From Faecousia sp. (GTDB lineage: Bacteria; Bacillota; Clostridia; Oscillospirales; Oscillospiraceae), in contig JAZSGN010000030.1 of assembly GCA_045532755.1 (NCBI GenBank), forward strand, positions 1,161 through 65,160: a DNA stretch of 64,000 nucleotides, given 5' to 3'. The notes beneath the pieces are model-generated. The model was not told the DNA's origin and ran no database searches. It saw only the letters and a program-made list of their open reading frames with translations. The stretch's first letter is position 1; every line of letters begins with the position of its first letter. The position numbers were made by a program, and so were the translations under genes. Below are positions 45,682 to 55,771 of the stretch, piece by piece.

Positions 45682-46797
45682 TTATTCCAGCTCCAGCCGG
45701 TGCAGCAGCTGCCGCAGGCGGTCCGCCTTTTTGCCGTCGCTGTGCAGGGAAGACAGGGCATTTTTCCGGGCAAAGCCTCGCCGAATAAACCGGCACAGCT
45801 GGTACAGCCACGCAAAGCATTTGAGCCAGGGATATTTCCTAAGCGCCGTCCAGGTTTCGCAGCCCATGGACTGCAGCTGCCCCAAAAACCGGATGGGGTG
45901 CTTCGCCATATTCAGCACCGACACCGCCTTGGCGCTGTCGATGTCTTTTTCGCCGAAGTTGCCGCCCTCCAGAATCAGCTCCAGCAGCTCCCGGCAGGCT
46001 TCTTCGTCGGCATTACGGCACCATGTGATCGTCTCCGGCAGCCCCAGATACAGCTGGCACAGCCGGGTCATGGTCACCGCCAGAGTTTCGTAGCCGCAGC
46101 GCCGGGCAAGGGGCGCGAACTCCTTCTCGTAAAATTCGTCGGTCAGCACCGCGTGGGCGTAGAGCATCCAATCCAGCACCTGCCGCAGGCCGAAGCTGCC
46201 CCGCAAATGCTGGGCCGTATGCTCCAGAAACACCAAACCCGTCAAGGCCGGGGGCAGGACAGGAAAGGCGTAGCCGCAGACCTCCGCCTGCCCGGCGGGG
46301 GCAGAAAGCAGCAGCTCGTCCAGGGGGCTGCCCCCCTTTTCCGTAAAGAACCGGTGCAGCTCGAAGCGGGTGAGGGTGCGGCGGTAGCCTGCGTGGCGGG
46401 GCTTATCCAGATAGCGGACATAGCCCGCCTGCTCCAAAATGGCGCAGGCGCGGTTAAACTGGGCAGGAGGAATCAGCAGGTCCACATCTCCCAGCTTCCG
46501 GTACTCGGGCCGGGGGTAGTAGCGGGCAGCCGCCGCGCCTTTGAGCACCACCACCGGAATGCCCGACAGCAGCTGCAGCACCGCCGCCTGCTCCCCCATC
46601 ACCGCGTAGAAATGGGTCATGCGGTTGGCGGCGGATTGGATCGCCGGGCGGTCCGCCAGCACATCGGCGGCCAAGTCCCGGACACCCTGCTCTTCCAGCT
46701 CCCGCAGCAGCGCCCCGGAATCCGCCGGGGGGGCGTAGGGCGCGCCCCAGAGGGCAGCCTTCATCAAGGAAAACACCGCTTCGTAGGTTGGATGCAC
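45682..46797 (-). CDS. Uncharacterised nucleotidyltransferase (NTP_transf_5-like)
   Basis: VVLKG....YYP.PEYR..GDVDLLI, FELH and H...H....GLRQVLDW. Confidence 0.82.
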   Translation of the reverse strand: MHPTYEAVFSLMKAALWGAPYAPPADSGALLRELEEQGVRDLAADVLADRPAIQSAANRMTHFYAVMGEQAAVLQLLSGIPVVVLKGAAAARYYPRPEYRKLGDVDLLIPPAQFNRACAILEQAGYVRYLDKPRHAGYRRTLTRFELHRFFTEKGGSPLDELLLSAPAGQAEVCGYAFPVLPPALTGLVFLEHTAQHLRGSFGLRQVLDWMLYAHAVLTDEFYEKEFAPLARRCGYETLAVTMTRLCQLYLGLPETITWCRNADEEACRELLELILEGGNFGEKDIDSAKAVSVLNMAKHPIRFLGQLQSMGCETWTALRKYPWLKCFAWLYQLCRFIRRGFARKNALSSLHSDGKKADRLRQLLHRLELE

Positions 46798-46820
46798 AGT
46801 TTCACCTGCTTTCAGGGGGA

Positions 46821-46983
46821 GTCGCTTCCCCCGGGGGGAAGCTGTCAGCGTTAGCTGACTGAAGAGGAATGCGGGCGGAGAGCCGATAGTTTGTTAAATC
46901 TATCAGACCTTTTCTAAGGTCGGTTCTGCCGCCATTCCTCTCCCACCGCTTCGCGGTCCCCCCTCTCCCCGGGAGAGGGTATT
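46821..46983 (+). repeat. Family A copy 6
   Basis: Same ends and hairpins as copy 1. Confidence 0.9.
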
Positions 46984-46993
46984 TGCACGCCGC

Positions 46994-48985
46994 TTAATTG
47001 GCCAGGGCCATTTCCCGGGCTTTTTGGGCCTGGGCGTTGACTTCCTCGGGGGTGCGGTACGTCGGCACGGCCTGCTTCATAGCAGAGCGGACGCCCTCGT
47101 CGCTGCCGGTTTGCAGGGCGGCGCGCAGCAGCTCCAGCTTTTCGGCAATGGCATCGGGACACAGCGGCGCGTCCCGCTCGATGAAGATCATGGCGTTATC
47201 GGTCTTGTCCAGCTCCTCGGTGCGGATCAGCAGCTCCTCATAGAGCTTTTCGCCCTCACGCAGGCCGGTTTCCACAATGTCGATATCCCGGTAGGGCTCG
47301 AAGCCGGACAGACGGATCATATTCTCCGCCAGATCCAGAATCTTCACCGGCTTTCCCATGTCCAGCACGAACAGCTCGCCGTTCTTCGCCATGGCGCCGG
47401 ACTGCAGCACCAGCTGGGAGGCTTCGGGAATGGTCATGAAATAGCGGATGATCCGCTTGTCGGTGACGGTGACCGGGCCGCCGGCGGCGATCTGCCGCTT
47501 GAACAGCGGGATCACAGAGCCGTTGGAGCCCAGGACATTGCCGAACCGGGTGGCGGAAAACTCCGTTTGCGTACCCTTGCGGGACAGCACGATCATCTCG
47601 CACATCCGCTTGGTGGCGCCCATGATATTGGTAGGGTTCACCGCCTTGTCGGTGGACACCATGATGAACTTCTTAACGCCGTGCTTCTCCGCCGCCTCCA
47701 CGATGTTCAGCGTGCCGAACACATTGTTGCGGACGGCCTCGCAGCAGTTATGCTCCATCAGCGGCACATGCTTATGGGCCGCGGCGTGGATCACCACCTG
47801 AGGCTTATGGCGGGCGAAGATCTTGTCCAGCTCGGCGGCATCGCAGACCGAGGCGATCTCCACCTGCAGCTCCAGCTTCTTGCCGTAGGCGATCCGCAGC
47901 TCCTGCTGGATATCGTAGGCGCCGTTTTCGTAGACATCCAGAATCACCAGCTTCCGGGGGTTCATCTTGGCGATCTGGCGGCAAAGCTCCGAACCGATGC
48001 TGCCGCCGCCGCCGGAGATCAGCACCACCCGGTCTTCATAATAAGACACGGTGGCCTCGTCGGTGAACACCCGTTCCTGCCGGAACAGCAGGTCCTGAAT
48101 GTCGAATTCCCGGAGGTGGCGCTTGCCGGAGTCGGTGGTGTGGGCAAGGGGGTAATCGTAGATCTTGACCTTGCAGCCGGTCTGGCTGTAGTATTCATAA
48201 AGCCGCTGGAGTTTGTCGGTGTCGTTGCGGGGCAGGGCGAAGACGATCTCCTGCACCAGAAGGCTCTGCAGCTGCTCCTTGGTGGCCTGCTCGTCGGACA
48301 GCACCGGCAGCTCGTAGATCCGGCGGCCGATCTTGTCGGGGTTGCGGTCGATGAAGCACACCGGCACATAGGGGGCGTTCCGGTTGCCCAGCAGCTCCTC
48401 CGCCAGGCTGGTGCCCACTCTGCCCGCGCCCACCACCGCGATCTTGATCCGCAGGTCGGTGGGGTCGGCGGGGTTGATCTTGATGCCGAAGAACACCTCC
48501 ATGCACACCCGCATCAGCTTGCCCATGCGGGAGTCCCGGCTGGAATGCTGATAGAGGAACTGGTACAGCAGCCGCATGCAAAGGCAGGCCAGCAGGTTCA
48601 GAGTGAGGATCGACATCTTCACAAGGAAGGTGGTCAGCTGTAAGTGAGCGCCGTAAAGCTCCGGGAAGAGCTTATAAAGGCACAGATCCACCGCGTAGAA
48701 GATCACGCCGGCAAGGAAATCCGCTTCCATCAGCCGGATGTAGGAATAGGTGTCGGCAAAGCGCCACACCACCCGATACACCCCCAGCGCCGCGCGGACC
48801 GTATACAGGCACAGCGCCGCCAGCGCCAGCTGATAGGAGAAGGTGGCCCAGTCGGCTACCGTACCTTCGTGGCTGGGGCTGATGAGCAGTATGAAGATGC
48901 TGGCCAGCAGCAGCGGCACGGTGTCGTAGGCCAGCAGCGCCCACCAGCGCACCGGGCGGAAGCCGGTTTTCTTGTCTTGATTCAC
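46994..48985 (-). CDS. CapD/PglF-like membrane nucleotide-sugar 4,6-dehydratase
   Basis: N-terminal TMs, GGGGSIGSEL, HAAAHKHVP, STDKAVNP..MGATK and RFGNVLGS. Confidence 0.92.
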   Translation of the reverse strand: MNQDKKTGFRPVRWWALLAYDTVPLLLASIFILLISPSHEGTVADWATFSYQLALAALCLYTVRAALGVYRVVWRFADTYSYIRLMEADFLAGVIFYAVDLCLYKLFPELYGAHLQLTTFLVKMSILTLNLLACLCMRLLYQFLYQHSSRDSRMGKLMRVCMEVFFGIKINPADPTDLRIKIAVVGAGRVGTSLAEELLGNRNAPYVPVCFIDRNPDKIGRRIYELPVLSDEQATKEQLQSLLVQEIVFALPRNDTDKLQRLYEYYSQTGCKVKIYDYPLAHTTDSGKRHLREFDIQDLLFRQERVFTDEATVSYYEDRVVLISGGGGSIGSELCRQIAKMNPRKLVILDVYENGAYDIQQELRIAYGKKLELQVEIASVCDAAELDKIFARHKPQVVIHAAAHKHVPLMEHNCCEAVRNNVFGTLNIVEAAEKHGVKKFIMVSTDKAVNPTNIMGATKRMCEMIVLSRKGTQTEFSATRFGNVLGSNGSVIPLFKRQIAAGGPVTVTDKRIIRYFMTIPEASQLVLQSGAMAKNGELFVLDMGKPVKILDLAENMIRLSGFEPYRDIDIVETGLREGEKLYEELLIRTEELDKTDNAMIFIERDAPLCPDAIAEKLELLRAALQTGSDEGVRSAMKQAVPTYRTPEEVNAQAQKAREMALAN

Positions 48986-49142
48986 AGGTTTTCACTTCCT
49001 TGCGGGGTTGCCCCGCGGTTATTTGTGGGTTGGGGGAGATTTTTTCTCTCCCTCCGTCAAAAATCCAATAGATTTTTGCCACCTCCCTCATCAGAGGGAG
49101 GCTTTGGCTGGTGCAGCATAATTACATTTTCGATAACACAGA

Positions 49143-49329
49143 GGTGGCGTTACCGAGCGGGGGAACGACCCGAGCGCTGCCGGTGGCAGAAGCAGCGAGG
49201 GGAGCGAGTGGCAGCGGTCAAAATTTCGTGAGCGAACAGCGAACAAGAAATTTTGGGCACCGCAACAGGTCAGGGAAGAAACGACCTTCGCAGAAAACCG
49301 ATCACGAACTGACACCGGAAGCATTCCGG
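49143..49329 (+). repeat. Family G copy interrupted by module F
   Basis: GGTGGCGTTACCGAGCGG-[...GAGCGCTGCC...CACCGCAACAG]-GTCAGGGAAGAAACGACCTTCGCAGAAA. Confidence 0.8.
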
Positions 49330-50709
49330 TCAGACCCGGGCGTGGCCCTGGGCGCAGATCACATCCACCACCCGGTCCACCAGGTTCTGGCACTGCTCTT
49401 TGGTGGGAGCTTCCACCATGACCCGGATCACCGGCTCGGTGCCGGACTCCCGGACAAGGATCCGTCCGGTTTCTCCCAGCTCGGCGGCAACCGCCGCCAC
49501 CGCCGCCTGCACGGCGGGGTCGTTCTGGGCCTCGGGCTTGGACTTGACCCGGACATTCTTCAGAACCTGGGGATAGATCGTCAGGCCCTCGCAGAGCTGG
49601 CTGAGGGTCTTTTTCTTGGCAAGAAGAACCTCCATCACCTTCAGGCTGGTGAGAATGCCGTCGCCGGTGGTGGCGTACTTGCTGACGATGATATGTCCCG
49701 ACTGCTCGCCGCCCAGGCGGCAGCCGTTTTTCACCATGTGCTCATACACATACTTGTCGCCCACGGCGGTCTTGGCGTAGCCGATGCCCTGCTCGTCGAA
49801 GGCTTTATAAAGGCCGAAGTTGCTCATAACGGTGGTGACCACGGTGTTGCCATCCAGCTGGCCACGGTCGCGCATATAGCAGCCGAGGATATAAAGGATA
49901 TGGTCGCCGGTGACTACCTGACCCTTTTCGTCCACGCACAGGCAGCGGTCGGCATCGCCATCGTAGGCAAAGCCTACATCCAGGCCGTTATCCACCACGA
50001 ATTTCCGCAGATGGTCGATATGGGTAGAGCCTACGCCGGCGTTGATGTTCTGGCCGTTGGGTTCGGCGCCGATCACATAGGTCTTGGCGCCCAGGGCGTC
50101 AAAAACGCTCTTGGCGATGTTCCAGCTGGCGCCGTTGGCGCAGTCGAGACCCACCTTGATGCCCTTGAAAGAATACAGACCCAGAGAGATCAGGTAGCCC
50201 ATGTAGCGGTTTCTGCCGGAGACATAGTCCACCGTGCGGCCGATCTTCTCCCGGTGGGCGAAGGGCAGCTGGGTGTAGGTCTCGCCGAACAGCTCCACAT
50301 GCCCATCGAGATAGTCTTCGATGAGGTCGATGGTCTCCTGCTCCATCTTTTCGCCCTGGGCGTTCAGCAGCTTGATGCCGTTGTCGTAGAAGGGATTGTG
50401 GCTGGCAGAGATCATCACGCCGCAATCGAATTCGTCGGTGCGGGTCACATAGGCCACCGAGGGGGTGGTGGTGACATGGAGCAGATAGGCATCGGCGCCG
50501 GAGGCGGTGATGCCCGCCGCAAGGGCGTACTCAAACATATAGCTGGAACGGCGGGTGTCCTTGCCGATGACGATGCGGGCGGCTTCGTCGCCCCGCTTCC
50601 GCTTCGTATAATACCAGCCGAGAAAGCGGCCTACCTGATAGGCGTGGTCGGCGGTCAGGTTCACATTGGCTTCGCCCCGGAAGCCATCAGTTCCAAAATA
50701 TTTACCCAT
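49330..50709 (-). CDS. glmM: Phosphoglucosamine mutase
   Basis: YFGTDG.RG, ISASHNP, DGDADR, GGEQSGH and VRESGTEP. Confidence 0.95.
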   Translation of the reverse strand: MGKYFGTDGFRGEANVNLTADHAYQVGRFLGWYYTKRKRGDEAARIVIGKDTRRSSYMFEYALAAGITASGADAYLLHVTTTPSVAYVTRTDEFDCGVMISASHNPFYDNGIKLLNAQGEKMEQETIDLIEDYLDGHVELFGETYTQLPFAHREKIGRTVDYVSGRNRYMGYLISLGLYSFKGIKVGLDCANGASWNIAKSVFDALGAKTYVIGAEPNGQNINAGVGSTHIDHLRKFVVDNGLDVGFAYDGDADRCLCVDEKGQVVTGDHILYILGCYMRDRGQLDGNTVVTTVMSNFGLYKAFDEQGIGYAKTAVGDKYVYEHMVKNGCRLGGEQSGHIIVSKYATTGDGILTSLKVMEVLLAKKKTLSQLCEGLTIYPQVLKNVRVKSKPEAQNDPAVQAAVAAVAAELGETGRILVRESGTEPVIRVMVEAPTKEQCQNLVDRVVDVICAQGHARV

Positions 50710-50713
50710 ACTA

Positions 50714-51376
50714 TCACTCCTGCTTCTTGGCGACGATGACGCCGCCGGTCTTATAGATGCTGCCTGCCGGGATCACGCCCCGGACGCAGCTGGTGGGATA
50801 GACGGTGGAATTTCTGCCCACCACCGTGCCGGGATTCAGCACGCTGTTGCAGCCAACCTCCACAAAGTCGCCCAGCATGGCGCCCACCTTCTTGATGCCG
50901 GTTTCGATGGGGGGCTGGGTGTGGATCACCACCAGAGATTTATCGGACTTGACATTGCTGGTGATCGAGCCGGCGCCCATGTGGGCCTTGTAGCCCAGGA
51001 TGCTGTCGCCCACGTAGTTATAGTGGGGTACCTGCACATTGTCAAAAAGGATCACATTTTTCAGCTCTACGGAGTTGCCTACCACGCAGTTCGCGCCCAC
51101 CAGCGCGCTGCCCCGGACAAAAGCGCCGTGGCGCACCTCGGTATTGGGGCCGATGATGCAGGGTTCGCCGAGCCAGGCGGTGGGGGCGACGGTGGCAGAG
51201 TGATGCACCCATACGCCGGGGGAAACTTCCGCGTATTCGTCTTCGTTCAGCTCCGCGCCCAGAGAGTAGATCAGGTTTTTAATGCCGCTGAGCGCTTCCC
51301 AGGGGTATTGAAACCGCAACAGGTAATCCCCTGCCATGGAATGGGTCAGATCGTACAGGTCATGGATGGTATACAT
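50714..51376 (-). CDS. Left-handed beta-helix transferase (GlmU C-terminal-like)
   Basis: Hexapeptide repeats and PHYNYVGDSILG...GAGSITSN. Adjacent to glmM. Confidence 0.8.
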   Translation of the reverse strand: MYTIHDLYDLTHSMAGDYLLRFQYPWEALSGIKNLIYSLGAELNEDEYAEVSPGVWVHHSATVAPTAWLGEPCIIGPNTEVRHGAFVRGSALVGANCVVGNSVELKNVILFDNVQVPHYNYVGDSILGYKAHMGAGSITSNVKSDKSLVVIHTQPPIETGIKKVGAMLGDFVEVGCNSVLNPGTVVGRNSTVYPTSCVRGVIPAGSIYKTGGVIVAKKQE

Positions 51377-51448
51377 AGAAAACGCTCCTTTCAGAGGATT
51401 TTTGGAAACTTGGATCAGGAAAGAGAGGCCTTCCGGGCTTGGGCAAAT

Positions 51449-51670
51449 ATTGCTTCCCCCGGGGGCTGCGCCCGCAGGCGCGTTTCGGAGCGCAACCGCC
51501 GAAGGCGGCTCTTAGCGCGAAGATGAAGCTGTCAGCGTTAGCTGACTGAAGAGGAATTCGGGCGAAAAGCCGATAGTTTGCTGAATCTATCAGACCTTTT
51601 CTAAAGTCGGTTCTGCCGCCATTCCTCTCCCGTCCCCTGCGGGGACACCCTCTCCCCGGGAGAGGGTATT
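51449..51670 (+). repeat. Family A copy 7 with module E
   Basis: GCTGCGCCCGCAGGCGCGTTTCGGAGCGCAACCGCCGAAGGCGGCTCTTAGCGCGAAGAT inserted in the first hairpin. Confidence 0.9.
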
Positions 51671-51673
51671 TCG

Positions 51674-52414
51674 TCAGAAATCGGTAATGCCCTTATATTC
51701 GGCGCAGATGGCGGCGTAGGTTTCCAAAGAGCCTACATCGTAGCGGCGGCCGGGCATTTCCATGGCATGCACCGGGCTTTTCCGGCACAGCCACGCAATA
51801 AAGCTGCCCGGGGCGTCCACGCCGCAGCCTTCGCTGATTGCCTGCTCCACCAGCGCCCCGTCGGCGGCGGAGTAATAGTAGAAGGGCGGGCAGCACCAGT
51901 TGGATTTGGGGCTGGCAGGCTTTTCCTCCATGGAAAGCACCCGGTCGTTTTCCCCAATCTCCAGCACGCCGGATTTCCGCAGCTTCGCTGCCTCCGGCTC
52001 GTAGTAGCGCAGCACGCAGGAGGTCTTCGCCTCCATGGCATAGCGGATGAACTTGGTCAGAGAGAAACTCAGCACATTGTCCCCCGCCAGCACCAGCAGG
52101 TCGCTGCGAATATTCAGCTTGTCGATCGCGAACTGCACATCCCTTACCGCGCCCAGCCGGGTCTCGTTGGAGGAGGTGCCGTCGTCCACCACCGTGATCT
52201 TCTGGGGCTTGGCAGCCGCCCAGGCATCAAAATGGTGGGCAAATTTATGATTGGAGATCACCACATATTCGTCGATGACCCCTAAGGTATCCATATCGTC
52301 AATGAGCCAGTCGAGAATGGTCTTCTCCCCTACCTTCAGCAGCGGCTTGGGGAAATTCTCGGTTAAAGGGTAGAGCCGGGTGGCATAGCCGGCTGCCAGA
52401 ATCAAACATTTCAT
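51674..52414 (-). CDS. Sugar-1-phosphate nucleotidyltransferase
   Basis: MKCLILAAGYATRLYPLT...PKPLL, LAGDN and EEKP. Its start overlaps the kinase stop. Confidence 0.88.
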   Translation of the reverse strand: MKCLILAAGYATRLYPLTENFPKPLLKVGEKTILDWLIDDMDTLGVIDEYVVISNHKFAHHFDAWAAAKPQKITVVDDGTSSNETRLGAVRDVQFAIDKLNIRSDLLVLAGDNVLSFSLTKFIRYAMEAKTSCVLRYYEPEAAKLRKSGVLEIGENDRVLSMEEKPASPKSNWCCPPFYYYSAADGALVEQAISEGCGVDAPGSFIAWLCRKSPVHAMEMPGRRYDVGSLETYAAICAEYKGITDF

Positions 52415-53583
52415 AGCTGCACTCCATCCGCGCTGTGGCAAATATGGACGGAAAACTTTCCCGCCAGCTCCGGGAACCGCTTCAGGTAGGCTTCGGTGAC
52501 CTTGCGCCCCACTTCCCCGGAATAGGCCGGGTCGGTCAGGGCCAGACAGCAGCCCTTGAAGCCGGCGCCGGAGAAGCGGCCGCCGTAAATGCCATCGGTT
52601 TGCATCATAATATCGTAAAGGGTTTTCAGCTCTTCCGAGCCGGTCTGATAGCTGTAAATACTGGAGTAGCCCGACTGGCTGCAAAGCTGGCCGAACCGGG
52701 CGATATCGCCCCGGCGCCAGGCCTCCGCGCCCTGCTCCACCCGGTCGAACTCGGTGTAGTAGTGCTCCGCGCGCAGCCGCCAGGGTTCCGGCAGCAGGTG
52801 CTTATACTGCTCGAAAACCTCCCGGGGGACAGAGCGCAGCCGGGTATCTTCGAACTTGCCGTAGTCCATGCCGGCGTAGGCCTGCAGGGCGTAGGCGGCG
52901 GATTTCACTTCGTCCACCCGCATATTGTACTTGCTGCCCTGCAGATTCCGCTCCACGCCGGAGAAGAGGATCATAATGTCGAAGGGCTTCATGGCGGGGT
53001 GGGTGGGGATCAGCTCGCAGTTGTCGGTCTGCAGGTCCAGATACAAAAGGTGGTCTTTCTTGCAGAAGATCTCGCAGGACTGGTCCAGCCGGCCGCAGTT
53101 GACCCCCACAAAGAGCCGCTCCGCGTCCAGCGCCGTCTGCAGCAGCTCCTGCCGGGACAGTTCGATATTGTTCACCCGGCAAAGGGCCGTCAGGAAGGCG
53201 ATGACCACCGCCGCCGAAGAGCTGAGGCCGCCGATGGGGATGCTGCCGGCCACTACGCCGCACAGGCCCACCCGCAGGGTGTACTTTTTCGCCAGCATGA
53301 CGGTGGCGCCCCGCAGATAGTCGGCCCAGTCACCCTCTTTTCCCTCGGGGACATAGCGGGCGTGCCACTGGGCCCGGACGGGGAACTGGAGGCTGTGAAG
53401 CTCGATAACGCCGTTTTGCTTGGGGCCGTAGGCGATGCGGACACCCTGATCGATGGCCAGACCCGTGATTTTGCCGTTCTGGTGGTCGATATGGGCGCCG
53501 ATGGGGCAGATGCGATAGGGGCAGAAAGAGATCCCCGCAGGATCACGCCCATAAAGGCTGTAAAAAGTATCCACGCATTTCAC
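52411..53583 (-). CDS. GHMP sugar kinase, galacturonokinase/galactokinase-like
   Basis: PYRICPIGAHIDHQ, GGLSSSAA, CGRLDQ and GRFSGAGFKGC. Confidence 0.8.
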   Translation of the reverse strand: MKCVDTFYSLYGRDPAGISFCPYRICPIGAHIDHQNGKITGLAIDQGVRIAYGPKQNGVIELHSLQFPVRAQWHARYVPEGKEGDWADYLRGATVMLAKKYTLRVGLCGVVAGSIPIGGLSSSAAVVIAFLTALCRVNNIELSRQELLQTALDAERLFVGVNCGRLDQSCEIFCKKDHLLYLDLQTDNCELIPTHPAMKPFDIMILFSGVERNLQGSKYNMRVDEVKSAAYALQAYAGMDYGKFEDTRLRSVPREVFEQYKHLLPEPWRLRAEHYYTEFDRVEQGAEAWRRGDIARFGQLCSQSGYSSIYSYQTGSEELKTLYDIMMQTDGIYGGRFSGAGFKGCCLALTDPAYSGEVGRKVTEAYLKRFPELAGKFSVHICHSADGVQL

Positions 53584-53639
53584 CGATGATCACACTCCCC
53601 GTTGGTTGTTGGCAGCCCACAGCAGGCCCATGTTACGAT

Positions 53640-53668
53640 ATTATACCACACCGTTGCCGCGAATTCAA
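53640..53668 (-). promoter_or_regulatory. Sigma-A-type promoter
   Basis: TTGAAT-17 bp-TATAAT on the - strand. Confidence 0.65.
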
Positions 53669-53784
53669 TGGTAAAATCACGCAGGTATTTTGGCGGGTTC
53701 TGTCGAAGGCGGTGAGATCACAGGCGATTCGTTGACAATGGACAATTGACAGTTGACAATTGGGGCTTTGCGCCGGGGGCAAAT

Positions 53785-54005
53785 ATCGCTTCCCCCGGGT
53801 GCTGCGCCCGCAGGCGCGTTTCGGAGCGCAACCGCCGAAGGCGGCTCTTAGCGCGAAGATGAAGCTGTCAGCGGCAGCTGACTGAAGAGGAATGCGGGTG
53901 GAGGCTGATGGTTTCCTGCCACTATCAGACCTTTTCTAAGGCCGGTTCTGCCGCCATTCCTCTCCCGTCCCCTGCGGGGACACCCTCTCCCCGGGAGAGG
54001 GTATT
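53785..54005 (+). repeat. Family A copy 8 with module E
   Basis: As copy 7. Confidence 0.9.
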
Positions 54006-54153
54006 ACGGATTGCCACGCCGCTAAAGCGGCTCGCAATGACAGAGGAAACTTTCGGATTACCTTGTCATTCCGAGCCTGCGAAGCAGGCGTGGGAATCCG
54101 TTATCCAAAGGAGGGTTACGGATTGCCACGCACCTGCGGTGCTCGCAATGACA
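54006..54153. repeat. Family B doublet (54006-54101) plus a single unit (54118-54153)
   Basis: Directly abuts the right end of family A copy 8. Confidence 0.85.
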
Positions 54154-54348
54154 TCCTAAACTTAATGACATTGCTGCCTCCGGCGGGGTACTTTCTTGTG
54201 CTGAACAAGAAAGTACCCAAAGAAGTCAGCCATCGGCTGACACCGCAGCTTCTCACGCTTCCCGCTTCCCTTTTCACTGCCGCAAGCCATCCCCCGGAAA
54301 AGATGGCTTGCGGCAAAAACACGCCCGCTTTCGCAGGCGTTTTTTCTC

Positions 54349-55005
54349 TTAATAATAGCCGTAGCTGGCGGCGCGGTCGTCTACACGGTTCAGCACCGCG
54401 CCCAGAATACGGGCGCCGCAGCGGTCCAGCTGCTGCTTGATCCGCTTCTCGTCACGGTAGCTGTTATTGGTGGCATCGATGACCATGATCACGCCGTCCA
54501 TCTTCGGGGCGATGACGGCGCTGTCCACCACCTGACCCAGAGGCGAAGAGTCCACGATCACATAATCGAAGGTATCCTTCAGGGCGGGAATCAGCTTCTC
54601 GAAGGCGGGGCTGTCCAGCAGCTCCGCAGGGTTCGGCACCCGGGTGCCGGCAAAAATCATGTAAAGATTTTCCACATCCGTGGGGCAGATGATCTCGTCG
54701 GCATTGGCCATGCCGGAAAGATAATGGCTCAGACCCATGGTCTTGCCCTTATGGCGCAGCCGGCTCAGCAGCACGCTGCGGCGCATATCCGTATCCAGCA
54801 GCAGCACCCGCTTGCCGGTTTCGGCAATGGCGGCGGCCAGCTGCAAGGAAAGGGTGGTCTTACCCTCGGCGGCGGAGTGGCTGGTCAGGGCGATGACCCG
54901 GGTGTCCACGCCGGTGAAAAACAGGTTGGTACGCAGGACCTTGATGGCCTCGCTGACAGCAAATTCCTTGCTGATCATGGTGCTGGCGGCAACTACATTC
55001 GACAT
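54349..55005 (-). CDS. CpsD/CapB-family tyrosine kinase (stand-alone)
   Basis: EAIKVLRTN, AEGKTT, LDTDMRR and VDSSP, with C-terminal SYGYY. Confidence 0.9.
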   Translation of the reverse strand: MSNVVAASTMISKEFAVSEAIKVLRTNLFFTGVDTRVIALTSHSAAEGKTTLSLQLAAAIAETGKRVLLLDTDMRRSVLLSRLRHKGKTMGLSHYLSGMANADEIICPTDVENLYMIFAGTRVPNPAELLDSPAFEKLIPALKDTFDYVIVDSSPLGQVVDSAVIAPKMDGVIMVIDATNNSYRDEKRIKQQLDRCGARILGAVLNRVDDRAASYGYY

Positions 55006-55015
55006 GGACGATTCC

Positions 55016-55768
55016 TCACTTTCTTCTTCTCTTCAGCCAGCGGCGCAGACCCCGGAACATCTTCTTCCGGGTCTTGCCCTCGGTAAGCAGCTTGGACTCC
55101 GGCACCATGCCCAGCGTGCTGATGCCCAGACGGCGATAGACATCGTCCTCGGTACGCAGGGAGTCATCCAGCACCCGCAGCGCCACAAACAGGGCGATGG
55201 CCAGCAGCGCGCCGGCGGCAGAGCCCAGAAGCAGCATCTTCTTGGCGGGAGAGGCGGTGGCCACCATGGGGACCTTGGCGTAGTCCACAGGGGTGACCTC
55301 CGTAACGGTCATGACCTCCACCACCGCGGCAGAGCCTTCGTCGATCAGGGCGTTGACGATATCCGCCGCCCGCTGGGGGTTGGTATCGGTGACATAGATG
55401 CTGATGGTTCGGGCGGTGACCTCGCCGGTTTCTACGGTGATAATCGAGCGCAGCTGGGCGGCGCTGGCGTTCAGGCCCACTTTTTGAATGACCTGATCCA
55501 GCGCCCGGTCACTGAGCAGCAGCTCCTTGAAGTCTACCGCCAGCTGGCTGGAGATCTGGAAGTCGGAATACATCAAAGCGCTTTCCGAATACCGGGTCAG
55601 CAGGTAGACCGTGCCGGAGGCGGTGTACTGGGGAACATAGCTCATCGTGCCGAACACGAAGCCCAGCGCGCCGCCCAGAATGGCCACGATCAGAATAATA
55701 ACGATCTTCTTTTTCAGATAGTAGAATATGTCCCGCAGGTCCAGCTCTACTTCCATTCTTTCATCCAT
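55016..55768 (-). CDS. CpsC/CapA-family chain-length / kinase-activator membrane protein
   Basis: ELDLRDI start, two TMs and LDDSLRTEDDV...LG..P. Confidence 0.88.
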   Translation of the reverse strand: MDERMEVELDLRDIFYYLKKKIVIILIVAILGGALGFVFGTMSYVPQYTASGTVYLLTRYSESALMYSDFQISSQLAVDFKELLLSDRALDQVIQKVGLNASAAQLRSIITVETGEVTARTISIYVTDTNPQRAADIVNALIDEGSAAVVEVMTVTEVTPVDYAKVPMVATASPAKKMLLLGSAAGALLAIALFVALRVLDDSLRTEDDVYRRLGISTLGMVPESKLLTEGKTRKKMFRGLRRWLKRRRK

Positions 55769-55771
55769 AGC

